Shown: one piece after another, positions 37,761-50,286 of the stretch
Layout of the letters: every line of letters starts with the position of its first letter
Numbering within the stretch: the first letter of the stretch is position 1
Assembly: GCA_035084275.1 (NCBI GenBank)
Contig: CM068750.1
Location: forward strand, 9,734,001 to 9,798,000
Direction: 5' to 3'
DNA length: 64,000 bases
Source: Hydrolagus colliei
Lineage: Eukaryota
Position numbers and translations under genes: made by a program
The notes under the pieces: generated by a model
What the model was told of the DNA's origin: nothing
Seen by the model: the letters and a program-made list of their open reading frames with translations, nothing else
Databases searched by the model: none

Positions 37761-40700
37761 CAAACTCAGAAACAACAGGGAATGGATTTGATATACAGTC
37801 TACAAAAACAGAGAGGGGGAGGAAAGGGAGGAATCTAAACTGTGATCCACTGCAAATCTCCTTTGATACGTTTAATGCCGTGTTCCCACAGTGTTAAAGG
37901 TGACTATGTCTAAAATGCCCTTCAGAAGGCCATGATATATCATTAGCATCCTAGAGAGATGTTCAGGATCGGTCTTAGCCAAGCTCTCCAGGCTGAGATA
38001 ATGCATCCAAAGCCCATCTGTCACAAGGCTGATGCCAGTGTTGTTTTGTAAGGCCAGATGTTAATGAGATCATTGTAACTAATTCTATTGGTACAAGAAG
38101 TCATCCACACCTTCTCCCACATCGCTCGAAAGTGAATAGATACAGCTTCTATAGAGGCTTCTCAGCGGTAAATAAAAGCACTGGACAATGTTCTGGCTAT
38201 TGTGACATTGCGGCAACCACCACAACCTTCCTCAACATGTACAACAGATGCATCCTTAGCAAGCTGGGGAGAGCATCTGGGGAACAGACACATGATCCCT
38301 TCAAGGGATACAATGACATACAAGTACATTGGAGTTAAGTGCAATCTGCTAACTCTCCAATACTTGTATCCTGAACTATACGGCCAATTCTGTGGAAAAA
38401 TAGCACATAGTGGTCAAACCGTAGTAAAATAAACAGGAAGGGACAATGTTCTTGATGCTTTGCAGGAATGCCATGCAGATTGAGCATTGGGGCAGAAGAA
38501 TTAAGACAATGGTACTTTCTCATATAAAATGTGGTTCATTGACAACCACATTAGCATTCTGTGCTCCTCTAAACCAACCAAATAAAATCACCATCCTTTA
38601 CCCACTTTTATAAAAATAAGAGAATACTTTTTTCATCAGCTAAACAAGAAAATGTGCTCTGAATTCATCTGCTCGATTGCTGCACATTAATCCTTTGTGC
38701 TGCAGCATCAAACTTCGATTAAAATATCCACACAGTGTTGCAAAAGTACTGAATGCGTCAGTCAGTTAAACTCAATACAGAATTAAGCCCACTGCTTTAG
38801 CAACCCAGCACCTAACAAAACGGCGCAATAGAAATTCTAATAAAGGAACATGACAAAGCCTCAAGAGTGAGCATGCCCAAGGTATAATCTAAAATTGGGG
38901 ACACCCAGCAATAAATCTGATCGCAAAATAAATACCTAAATCTTCTACCCATTAGGAGAAAGTCCAGAGTTTTACAGTTTGACAGCATGTTAACTCTTTC
39001 GTAATGGAGATTTCTGTATTTATTCTTTTCATTTACTTGACAAAATTACTGGAGGGGAAAAACTTGGGTGATAATTGCTTCACACCGACTTACGCATTCC
39101 ATAGTTTGGACACCAACACTCCCTGTTGGACCCTCACCCTTTGACTGTACCAGACAAGAGGACCTGCATTCCTAAAGCAGGAGAGCTTTGGCGTGTTGCA
39201 ATTGCACTCTTTGTCTGCTGGGTTAGCTGTTTAAAGAGGGTAAATGACAAAAGTTTACTGTTCAAGATTTAGTTTTTTTTGGACATGCATTAAAGCGTCA
39301 TCTGCAATCCATTTCCATTGGAAGAGAGCTTAACATAGGACTGTAATATTCAAATAAAAAGGAGCCTACGCCTCCTCACAAACCCTAATTGGAGTTTCAA
39401 ATTTGATTTGGATATTTCCAATAAAATATTTGAAACTATGACTTAATATGGTTCAATATGACAAAAAGTACAGATGTGAAAAAAATCTACCAGAAAAACT
39501 GATCAATGAATACTCCCATTTCACGCAGTGTGAAAATTGCCCTCGCAATATTAAGAATGATTAAAATTGTAAGCATTACAAGGGCTAGTTTTAAACATGC
39601 TCCACAAGAAGACGTTAGCAATGCAGCCACATGGAGTAAACATCACACTTCCACCAAATATTTGTTTAAACTTGTTGAAATAGATGAGTCACCCACGGAA
39701 TGTAACTGGCCTGAGATTTCAATGTGGACAGGATTAATATTGTGCGGTTTTGCTCGATTGCCTTTGAAAGACTTAAACATCTTGGAAATTTACCAGCATT
39801 TAGTTGCCTCTCTCAGTAGATGGAACAAGTTGGGTAGAATCCATAATAGGGCAAATTGCACAAAGTCTGCAGAGGGTTTGGGATTGTTGGAGACGATACA
39901 CTTTTCCAATTCCATACCTATGAAAGGGCTTGCAGGCTGGCTGGATTGTGCTAGCTGTGGATCCTAACAAAACTGGTTTTGCCATTATTAAAAAAAAATC
40001 CACCCTGATAAATTACTTTTGGGACACAAATCAAACAAACAAAGAGCAGAGTGTTCACTTTGTAACGGAATGCAAATGAAGTTATTTTATAAAATGAAAT
40101 TATCTCAAAATAGTGTCCAGACAAGCATTTTTATTAAAAAAAAAGACAAGTAGTTGATTCTGAAACTTTTGCTGGATTATTCATTTCCTTTTTGACCAGT
40201 TATTGATAAATAAAAAAACCAAAGATTTTTTTAAAAAAAGACTACCTGGCTTTTTAAAAAAATGGAACTAAAGAGAAACCACATGGGGGTGCTATATATA
40301 GGGCATAAGGGAAAAAAGTGCAGAATGTTAAGGGAATTACCTTCCTCATGATTTCTCCATTGGATTGGAAGACAGGTGTGTCGATGGGGAAAGTAACATG
40401 ATAGGGTAGAGGAATTTGCACCTAAATGTAAGCAGCAAAGAAACTGCTTACACAGTTTCAATATTTGCATATAAAGTGAACTTAATACTTCAATCAGAGA
40501 GGAATAATTCACCATCCAAAATTTGAAACAGAAGTTCATTCTGACTAAAACAAAATGTCCCATTTTTTTTAAAAAAAGCTACACCTGGCAGCACATTACA
40601 CCACATTATTTCAGTTTAAACTGTATTGGGGATAATCTGTAAAATAGACGATTTGTGTAACTAGTATATTTGCTTTTTTACTCAAGCTTCAAATATTTAC

Positions 40701-43700
40701 TCGCAGAAAGATTTAAATCAAGCCGTCAATGGGACTAGCATTCTGCTTACCATGCAAGCATATTTTGTTGTCTAAATGTCAGAGTTCACCAGTATATAAC
40801 CAATATTCTTCGTAAGCCTTTCATTCTGTGGCAGGACTTAAAAGACACAGTGTTCAGTTTATAGGCCAGATTCCAGTAAACAAGTACATTTCACAAACCG
40901 GTTAAACAACTGGTTTAAGAGGATGGTTTGCTTAAGGAGAAGAGAGCAGCTAGTTTTGGCTATGCTCCAGATAAATATGGATTGCCAAGAAATTTTCTCA
41001 TGGTAAGAAAGCTGGCTAAAAATAGTAGGTTACCAGGTGTTGCATTTAGTATGAAACAGAAACAGAGTGGGGATGACTAAAGAAATGAGTACTGTACCAT
41101 TAAATCCCAGAAATTAACCCTATGTGGAGAGTGATCGTATTGCAGTGAGGGTTAGCCCAGAGAAATGACTACTTCTGCTGTTGAGAGCAGCCAGTGAATG
41201 CATTAAACAAACCTTTGTAAGCTTTCAGGATTACATCATTTTGAACTTGCAACCGACAGCATTACAGTCTTTGGATCATTTTTAAAGTGTCCATTTGAAA
41301 TCTGACAGTAGAAACATGCTTTAACCTCCACACATGTTAAATGGACCACTGTTCTGGCTAATGTAAACATTCTGATGAGTATCCAAAGATATGACCTCTA
41401 TGTGACCCCTTAACCTTGCCTGTAATTATTTGTTTGAAGACAGTATGGAGTTCCCATGCTGAGAGGGGGACTATAATGGCTTGCAGCTCTGTGTGCAAGT
41501 GTGTATGAGGGAGCAAGAGAGACTTATAATAAGGAGACTACCAGATGTAAATAATAAAAATGGTTGGGGGTAAAAAAACTAGTAATTTAGTTCAGCCCAT
41601 TACTTAGAGAATGTCAGGGAGAAATGAATGGGGGAAGGGAAAGAGGAGGGGTGCATTACTCTGTGATGTGATACAGGGCCACGTGAAGCTCCCTTCTCAT
41701 CTCTAGAGCTTTTTTTTGTCATGTGCACACACCATTAGCAGCTCTTGGGAGGAGAGAAAACAGTCTTATCTGCCTGGTTTGATAATCTCAATTGGCTGTA
41801 TTCTGATTGATAAAAGGGAGTGTAGCTACAGAGCTTTGAATCAACTCCCTATGGGACACTGCCCATTAGCCTTGCCAGTGAGACTAGTATGAAGAGGGTT
41901 AGTACGCGCAAAATGAGCAAGCACGGACACCAAAAGATCTAAAGCATCATTTACTCTACACCTAGAACCCTTTTGAGCACTGACAGTCCTACGCACATCT
42001 TTTCTTTCATTTGACATCTGAAAAAGTAACCTGAGAATTTCAAAAGGCAACATTTTACACTACAGTGCGCAATAAATTTAAAACAGGACACAAAACTACT
42101 GGATATTACTTTGTTTGTGGTGTTGTATCTTTTAAACAATTGTTATACATTTACATTTTGGAACCCCAGACCTCAACTGGTTAAATTTGGATTTGTTCTC
42201 CCTTTTCCAGCTGTTTCAAATCAAAAAATGTGCAGTGTAAACAGTGCAAATAAATGTACTCATGCATTGGATCATAGTGCAAGCTCGCAGCTATTAATGC
42301 TGTTTTTAAAGGCAATAAGAAAGGAAGGTGGGGAGGCACCATTATACTGATAACAGGTTAGAGCAGCCTGAGCATTGCCACAGTGAAAGTGTTAGTTCAA
42401 GAAAACGTCAGAGGTGGCTGGCCAATGCAGCGGTGCAACACTGCAAAGGAACATCTGGCAACAGAGTGACAGGCCTCAGCATTCCTCTTCCATCCCCTCC
42501 CCCCCCCCCCCCCCCCCCCCAATTTGAAAGTTCCTGATCTTAACCCTCCTACTAATGGCTGCTCACACAGCCAGCCCCATAGAGAGCATTGAAAAAAAAT
42601 CATATGAGTCATCTCAAATGATAGTATCATGGCTGGTCAATTTTACCATTGGTCCAACACGGTAACAATAGTAAAATGTTTTTCTGAATAGTTTCGAACA
42701 CCCAACATTTTTTTTAAAAAGAGCCAAGTTGTTTTTTTTACAGCCAAATTACCTCCTTAGTTATTTAGATCTCCACTCCTTTGCATTCATGAGCAGATGC
42801 TTGGAGCACAATCTGTCCTACTGTACCTGGTCAACAGGGAGTGCCAAGCACATCTTTCCCACCCAAGAACTGGGAGAATAGACATTGAGGTCACTCAAGT
42901 CCCACTCTGCAGCAGTGGTTTGCAGCACCATTCTACTGATCCATATTAATAAAATGCTATTACATTATTCTTTACTATCCTCCTGCTGTCACTTGTACTA
43001 CATTTGCTCAGTCAACTCAGAGGGTGGAATACAGACTTGTCCATGGCTGCCATGAATGTCGATTGGGCAATGGGATATGCACTTTGGGGGCAATTGCAAA
43101 GTGTGCCATCTGGTGGCTTGACTGTGAATTGGCAACAATTCAAACATCAGCCAAAGATGGGTCCACCATTTGGGAATCAATCCTGACGTGGCGAGAGCAA
43201 CAGAACTTCCTCTATAGAAGTGTGATCATCACGCAAAAGCTGTACTTTTATTGTTTCAAGATTGTAGTTTTATAAATAGGCTGCAAACTCTTTAACAAAT
43301 TTAGATGGATTTTTGTTCCCTCTAATCTGTCCAATTACATGTGGCGTTCAAACCTCCCCATAAGGCCAATAAGTGCATCCAAACCTTGCTTGCCTCCCTT
43401 TCCTCCAGATGATATCACATCCCACATCATGCAGATAACCTGATCCTGCGGGCTACTTACTCCAATGCTATATAGTGGCAAGCGTGCATGCTAGTGAGTA
43501 TGAAATCAAACTCACCTCCCTCTTCAATTACAAAAGAGTCTACTTCTGTATCTGAACAGGACGATTTTATCTAAGATCATTGTGGAACAGCTGGTTTGTT
43601 TTCCAGTGATTTGATTTGATGAAATCTGTAAATGCACGTTGCAAAGAGAGTTTCACCATTTCCCTGAAGATCAGTGGCTCTCTTCAGTTGCTTAGTTAGT

Positions 43701-44229
43701 TTTAGTGCCTGAAGCAGGTTTTTAGCTGGATCTTAGGCAATACACAAAGCTGTGTTGGGTGACATTTTTGGAAAACAATGATACAACACATACCTTTAGG
43801 GAATTTGACTGGCATTTGTACATTCACAGAAAAAAAAATCATAAATACTTCAGAAACATCAGCAAGATTATCAGATTATGTAGCTTCCAGTTTAAAAGTT
43901 TGCGCTTACTTTAAAAGTAACGTATTTGACCGTAGCAATGCAGGCTTCAAAGTCCTTCATAGGATTAGATTTTTGTTTCCTGGTTCATTGTGATCCATTT
44001 CTACACATTTCTACCCTTCCCCCAGCATCACAGCTATGAGACATTTGTTACATGCCATTTGAATGAGTTATATTCCTTGAACTGAGTTGGTCATAAAAGT
44101 AATGGAGTACCCTGGCTCCATTTCAAATTCAAACTTTTGGCCTCAGCATAGAGATTAACATTTTAGGTAGTAAGAAATATGACAGTCTTTTCCCCCTCTC
44201 TTTTTGTATACATGGGTCAATGTGTGTTT

Positions 44230-44278
44230 GGGGGAGGGGGGGGGGGAGGGGGGGGGGGGGGGGGGGGGGGTGGAGGGG
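44230..44278 (+). repeat. Poly-G tract
   Basis: About 49 nt, almost all G. Confidence 0.9.
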
Positions 44279-45308
44279 AAAGAGAGGATAGCAGTTAAAT
44301 TAAATCCAGATTTATGAATAATTTCACATAATCTTTAAAGAGTGGTGCCTTTAATTTTAGAGAGTGGAAGACAGCAATTTGATGATAGCAACCAAGCTTT
44401 AACAACGACAGACTGGCAAAAGAAAAATTGTGGATTGTCACAGTTTTTAACAACTTGTTTTGTGTGGGTTTTGCAAAGTAAACAACCCATTCATACGAAT
44501 GACACTTAAATTCCCCACAAGCATTTTATTTGTAAAGATTATGACAGGTTATTTATTTGCTCTGTTATTTGTAAAGAGGATTTGGTTTGGAAAAGAAAAC
44601 AATCGCCGACAGCCTAGACTGTTTTAATACCACAAAAATAGAAATAATACATAGCCACAAACAATAAATGCCTGCATACTTTGTTTCCAGTCTTAAAACA
44701 AAGTTCTTTTTGGAAACTGTAGAAAACAAACATTATGGTTCCAACATTTTTTAGTACCCACATTTCTGATGGGCATTTGCCTTTTTTTCTGCCCTGGGTG
44801 TCAAAATCTTGGTTGAAAAGGTCACTGTTGCCAGTCACTAACCTCTAAATGACCCCCCTGACTTTACAGTCTAAAACTGCAGGAGCTGTGATTGAGCAGG
44901 AGCCTTTCTGTACCAGCACTTATTTGCTGCTGTGGTGATAAAACTTCAGACAGCCTAATTGATGGGCTTGCTGACATAACAATACCTTGTGAAAGCAGAG
45001 AGTGGCAAAGCCTGGTCCTCATTTATGGACAGCTGGAAGGGGAGTTGCACCCCCTATGATGAGAAAGCAACCCATTTGAGACAATGAACTTTTACCATGT
45101 TTGTGCCTCTTACAGAAGGTAGTGATTGTTGCTTAGAAGGTTGAAGCTTAAAATGTTTGAGAGTGTTTTTTTATAGAATAAACAAGTGGCAATGTACAAT
45201 TTCTGAACACCTTCAACAAGTTGGAGTTATGAAATGATGATAGTTCTCAAATCACAAAACAATGAAAACTGTACCCTTTTTTTTTCCTCCTTCCGTTACT
45301 TTTTTCAG

Positions 45309-45367
45309 GTTCATTAACGCCAGAAGAAGAATAGTACAACCCATGATTGACCAGTCAAATCGAGCAG
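45309..45367 (+). CDS. MEIS2: MEIS2 internal exon (~exon 10): end of recognition helix, GC-AG donor
   Basis: Long pyrimidine tract and tttttcag acceptor; 59 nt encoding (W)FINARRRIVQPMIDQSNRA; ends CAG|gcaagt, phase 1, compatible with the next exon. Confidence 0.95.
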
Positions 45368-46466
45368 GCAAGTCCCAAGTAGTAACTGTATTCAAGTCCC
45401 ACAGGCGCAAATCCTCATCAAGTTATTCTTCAGGAATTCCTTCACCTGGTAAATAAACTGGCAACCAGGTATTCTGGGGTGCTTGTGGTCCCAGAATTCC
45501 AGTGTTGGGAGCAACCTCACTAATTGGTGCTAATTGGAAATCTTCCACCCTCACTTTACTAAGCGGCTTTTATTTGTAAAAGGGTAATTGGTCACATGTC
45601 TTCACACCCGAAGCAGCATGTGTGTTTGTGTGTTTGTTTCTTTCTGCTGCTGAATCGTTGCTTCTCTTTTGCCCTGGCACTAATGCCTACCTTGCTATCA
45701 CAACTCCTTGATGCAAGCACTTATTTAGTTCAGTGCTGCTAGTGTTTACCACTATTAATGATATCTTCACCACTGTTTAAATGATTCCAGTTAGAGCTCA
45801 TATAAACACAGATAATGAAACTGCATTTTCTGTTCACCGGGTCTGTTTTGGCCATTTGAACAGGACATCTCATTTCCTGTTTGCCTGCAAAGTACATTCT
45901 TCCAACAGTTTTAGCTGGATGTTATAACATTGCTTTTGTTTATGAACCCCATTGGAAAATCTATAAAAAAAGTCTGATTTGATTTCCCCAAAATCTGAAT
46001 TTAATTTTGTTTTTGTTCCTAATCAAAGCACATTTCCTTGTGCTTCACCACGGAGTTGTGTTTTTCTGCAATGGTTTGGGAAACGCCTTTTCTAAATATT
46101 GGTTGTAATTGTTGTCATTCTGAGTGCTTGTATTCAGTGTTAATTTCTGCCTGGTGCTTTGCTTAAGACATTATAAACTTATTTATGTGAATTTTACACA
46201 ACATGTCCAAAATGCTCCTCTCTGGCCTTTTAGTGCAACTTTGCAATTTGAAAAAAAATAGCATAGTGTGAAACCAAATAAAAAGGCCAAACATCATAAA
46301 CATTTGTTGTGCTAGCCAATAAATAGCTATGAGTTTATTTAAAGGGAAAGGAGGAGTAAGCCTGACTCCTGTCTAATAAAACCCAACAACATTCTTACAA
46401 CATGAGATGTTTTGTAACCTAATTACACAAAATGCAATGACATAGAGTTAAAATAGAGTGGGACTG

Positions 46467-46560
46467 TAAAGAAACAGGCCATACAACCAAACTAGTCTGT
46501 GTTTATTCTCCACACGAGCCCCCATCTATTCCCCTCACTTATTACCCGCTGTTCTCACAC
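46467..46560 (-). mobile_element. Degenerate CR1-type/SINE 3' tail fragment
   Basis: gaaacaggccatacaacc...gtgtttattctccacacgagcc resembles, from memory, antisense chondrichthyan retroposon tails. Confidence 0.4.
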
Positions 46561-47143
46561 GGTAAAACTTTTAGTGATCATTATCTGTTATTTTATTAAT
46601 ATGAGCTAAATAAATTCATCAATATTTAGGGCAGAATATCCTCACATTTACGATACAGACATACAATTTAAAAAAAACTACCGAGTCAACATTACAGTTA
46701 TTTATGGAGGAAAAGCAGTGTGACCATAACCAGCCAATTAATATCAACATGATGAGGTAATAGACCGCATTCAAAAGAAAAAGTACCTCAGGATAAAAAA
46801 GGTTACATGTCTTAAAGGCTTTTGGGGGAGGAGAGATGTATTCTGCGGATATTCTCTTACCTCACTTCATTCTGGTCTAACAAAAGGCACCTGCTATTCG
46901 CACCTTTAAAATAGGTGGTTTGCTGGGCGGGCGGAGGGGGGGTGGGTGATAGTTACATTTGTCAGGCATAGGGAGTCAGAATGGTTACAAGATAGATACT
47001 AAAAGTAGCTGATAATGGTGCTTCACGTGTATGTTTCTGCTGTTTGGCAGTGTTTACTGTTTCAGTCGGAGCTGGGACGATTGCTGATTGTTTGGTGTGT
47101 CTTTTTTTCTTTCTCCTCTGTGTCCTCGTTTGACTACAATCAG

Positions 47144-47254
47144 GTTTTCTTCTTGATCCTTCAGTGAGCCAAGGAGCAGCATACAGTCCAGAGGGCCAGC
47201 CAATGGGAAGTTTTGTATTGGATGGTCAACAACACATGGGAATTCGGTCTGCTG
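47144..47254 (+). CDS. MEIS2: MEIS2 exon ~11 with tandem acceptors at 47144 (long) and 47165 (short, lacking GFLLDPS)
   Basis: aatcag|GT TTT CTT CTT GAT CCT TCA G|TG AGC...; encodes (G)[36 protein letters not shown]; gtaagc donor at 47255. Confidence 0.95.
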
Positions 47255-47511
47255 GTAAGCCATTGCACTCTTTCACACCCTAAATATAGCCTCATCACCT
47301 CCTCTATCCCTCCCATCCACTTCACATACCATGCCCCACCATAACAGGGTTTCCTATTCTGCCTGCTGCCTGCCTTGCCTGTCTTCTTTGCACCCATGGG
47401 GAAACAAATCTTTCAGATAAAGAGATTTGTAAGGAATTTTCCGCCCCACAGATCCTAAAATACAAAAATTATAAGGGATCTATTTCACCATCTCGGTAGT
47501 CGACCTTGCTG

Positions 47512-47645
47512 NNNNNNNNNNNNNNNNNNNNNNNNNNNNNNNNNNNNNNNNNNNNNNNNNNNNNNNNNNNNNNNNNNNNNNNNNNNNNNNNNNNNNNNNN
47601 NNNNNNNNNNNNNNNNNNNNNNNNNNNNNNNNNNNNNNNNNNNNA
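47512..47645 (+). other. MEIS2: N block that probably hides the alternative stop-containing exon (~exon 12) of MEIS2
   Basis: 133 Ns followed directly by a|gtaagt, a consensus donor. Position matches the short alternative exon of mammalian Meis2a/b, and no such exon was seen elsewhere between 47255 and 49999. The exon sequence itself is not visible. Confidence 0.7.
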
Positions 47646-49999
47646 GTAAGTACGATCGGTTACTATAATATAATTTTTAATTTTATTCCCCCCATTTTAT
47701 CTCCTTGCCCATACTTGCATGCTGATCCAATGAAAGGGCCAGTTGTAATTCTTTATCTCATGACATTTGACACCATTTCACAAGCTGAAAAGGTCAGCTA
47801 ACTAATTTACAGTATACAGAGCAAATAGGCCTGTAATTCGGTTTAATTATGAAGCCTAGAGAACCAAACTCAACCAGCAAATGAACAATTGGGACATTTA
47901 AGGGAAAAGAAACATCTTGAGGGCACCAATTGACTGAGAGAAATTAACCAGGCTTCATGAAGCGATAAAAACGAGTAGTGAGACTGTCCTTTGAGTGACA
48001 TAAATCTGTCAGGAGACGATTGATGCATGAATTATCTTATATGCAAAGATGAAATGCTGTAATTCACAATCCACTCTCTGGATCTATGGCACTGGTGACA
48101 CGATGCATTTCACACTGGGAATTCTTTTCCTGTTTCTCATTTTTTGATCCATTGTCTCCCTGTGTGAGTTAAAGAAGTAAGAACATTTAAAAACAACTAC
48201 AAGCAGACATTAAAAAAAGACTGCAATGAAGGAATGGATTTTTTTTTTCGTGGAGTTAATTGGCTCCAGCCAAAATGATCCATCAAGGAGAGTATGTCCA
48301 CTGCGTATGATGTTTGAAGAATTTCAGATCCAGCAAACAGCAATATATTACATCATTTGAGGCAACGGAGCGTTCGTTTATTATCCAATAACTTAAAATT
48401 GTTACCATTGAGCTTAATGCTTACATTTAAAAAAAGCTACTTTGTTATAAAATAATTTCCAATCATTTTACACTTCAAATTGTACTGTGGTCTACTTACA
48501 AAAGAAATATGGCTTTTACTGCAGTCACTTGACTTGACCTGATTTGGTTATGTAAAATAATGGTTATATTTTCATGCGAGATCTTTGAGGAGGTCACTAT
48601 AGCAGATTACTGATGGAATCAACTTCCTTCCTCCCTCCCTCCCTCCCTCCCTTCACTAATGCAGTCAAAAATATAAAAAGCAATGTTCCCTAAAACAGCC
48701 ATTGAGACAACATTTTCTCAGCTTGGATAATTCTTAATATAGGCAATATAATTTCTGGCCTATTTAATTACATAACATATTTTATGCTTCATAACCAATT
48801 ACATTAATAGCTTAATACAGGCAATATTATTATTTTAGTTGATTATGCAGCCACACAATATGGTATATTTGGTACTTAATTATCATCATCCAGTGAACAT
48901 GCCGCTGTGCTAGAATAAACAGAGCTGAGTCGGACTTATTACACAGTGCAGACTGTATTATTGCCTCAGTATGCTTTTACCACTGCAGTTAATAATGTAC
49001 TGCAGATCCACTTAGAACCACAAGAGCTTACAAGTCTTTAGATTACCAGCTTAAAGTGTAGGGAGAGAAATCTGCTCTGCAGTTCTGTTGGTAAATGCCA
49101 GCGGATAAATAGAAGCAACCTTAATTATCTCACATTTAGTTTGAATTGGAAAATATCTAGATTGAGTTATTTGTATGTATATAATATATATATGAAAAAA
49201 GCTCCAGCTGGATGCTCTGATCTGATTAACATTTATAGACTGATTTTTCCTACCGTAAGCAAACTTCCCACGCCTTTTCTGAGTTACAGGTATGCAGCAC
49301 TGAACTTGCTCCATGATCTCACATTCGCCCTACCGCTCCCCCCCCACCCCCCCCCATCCCCACCTCACCTCTGCTTGCTCATGATGCAGTAGAAAGTCAA
49401 TCCAGACAACCCACCCAACTCAAACCACGTTCAATAAATGAGGGAACGAGATGCAATTTCCCTTTTATTATGGAAGCCCAAAGAGATTTCTTACCTTCAA
49501 GTGTAACTCTTTGGCATTGCTATGCTGCATGTGTGAATGGAAGAATTCCCACTCCTGCAGATTTCTTATGTGCGAATGGTTTACTTGGTCTCTTACTCTG
49601 TTTCTCTAATGATATCTTCTCTGGTTCTACTTAATCGTCATTACTCTGTTGTCCACTGTATTTCCTCTCTGAAATCTGATATATATTTGGTGACATGAAC
49701 CAATGAATTTCACATGACCTTGGAGTGAAATCAAATGCATAGTTATTACATTCATCATTGTAACAACATTGACTACGGTAATTTTGAATTAAATGTTTGT
49801 GAATATATAATGAATAGCATATGTAATAAGCATCAGTTTTAATATAACTTCTATATGTGCCAAGACACGTGTGTGCTGGCACACAGCAGAATTAAACATA
49901 ATTGCAAACAATTATACAGTAGAATTTATTTTTAGGAATTGACTTTTACAGATATCTGAAAGACCTAACATACTATAAACGTGATTTATGTCTTTGCAG

Positions 50000-50286
50000 G
50001 TTTACAAGGCATGCCAGGGGACTTTGTATCTCAGGGTGGTCCTATGGGTATGAGTATGGCACAGCCAAGTTACACTCCTCCCCAGATGACCCCGCACCCT
50101 GCCCAGTTAAGACACGGACCCCCAATGCATTCATATCTCCCAAGTCACCCACATCACCCATCCATGATGATGCATGGAGGACCCCCGCCTCACCCTGGAA
50201 TGCCAATGTCAGCACAAAGCCCCACAATGTTAAATCCTGTAGACCCCAGTGTGGGAGGACAAGTTATGGACATCCACGCCCAATAG
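50000..50286 (+). CDS. MEIS2: MEIS2 last coding exon (long Pro/His/Met-rich C-terminus)
   Basis: tctttgcag acceptor ends 49999; (G)LQGMPGDFVSQGGPMGMSMAQPSYTPPQMTPHPAQLRHGPPMHSY...VGGQVMDIHAQ; TAG at 50284-50286. Confidence 0.96.

Noticed and set aside
39506-39967. 153-aa ORF, the longest gap-free ORF
   Set aside because: No recognisable domain, intronic, and a length attainable by chance in 64 kb across six frames.
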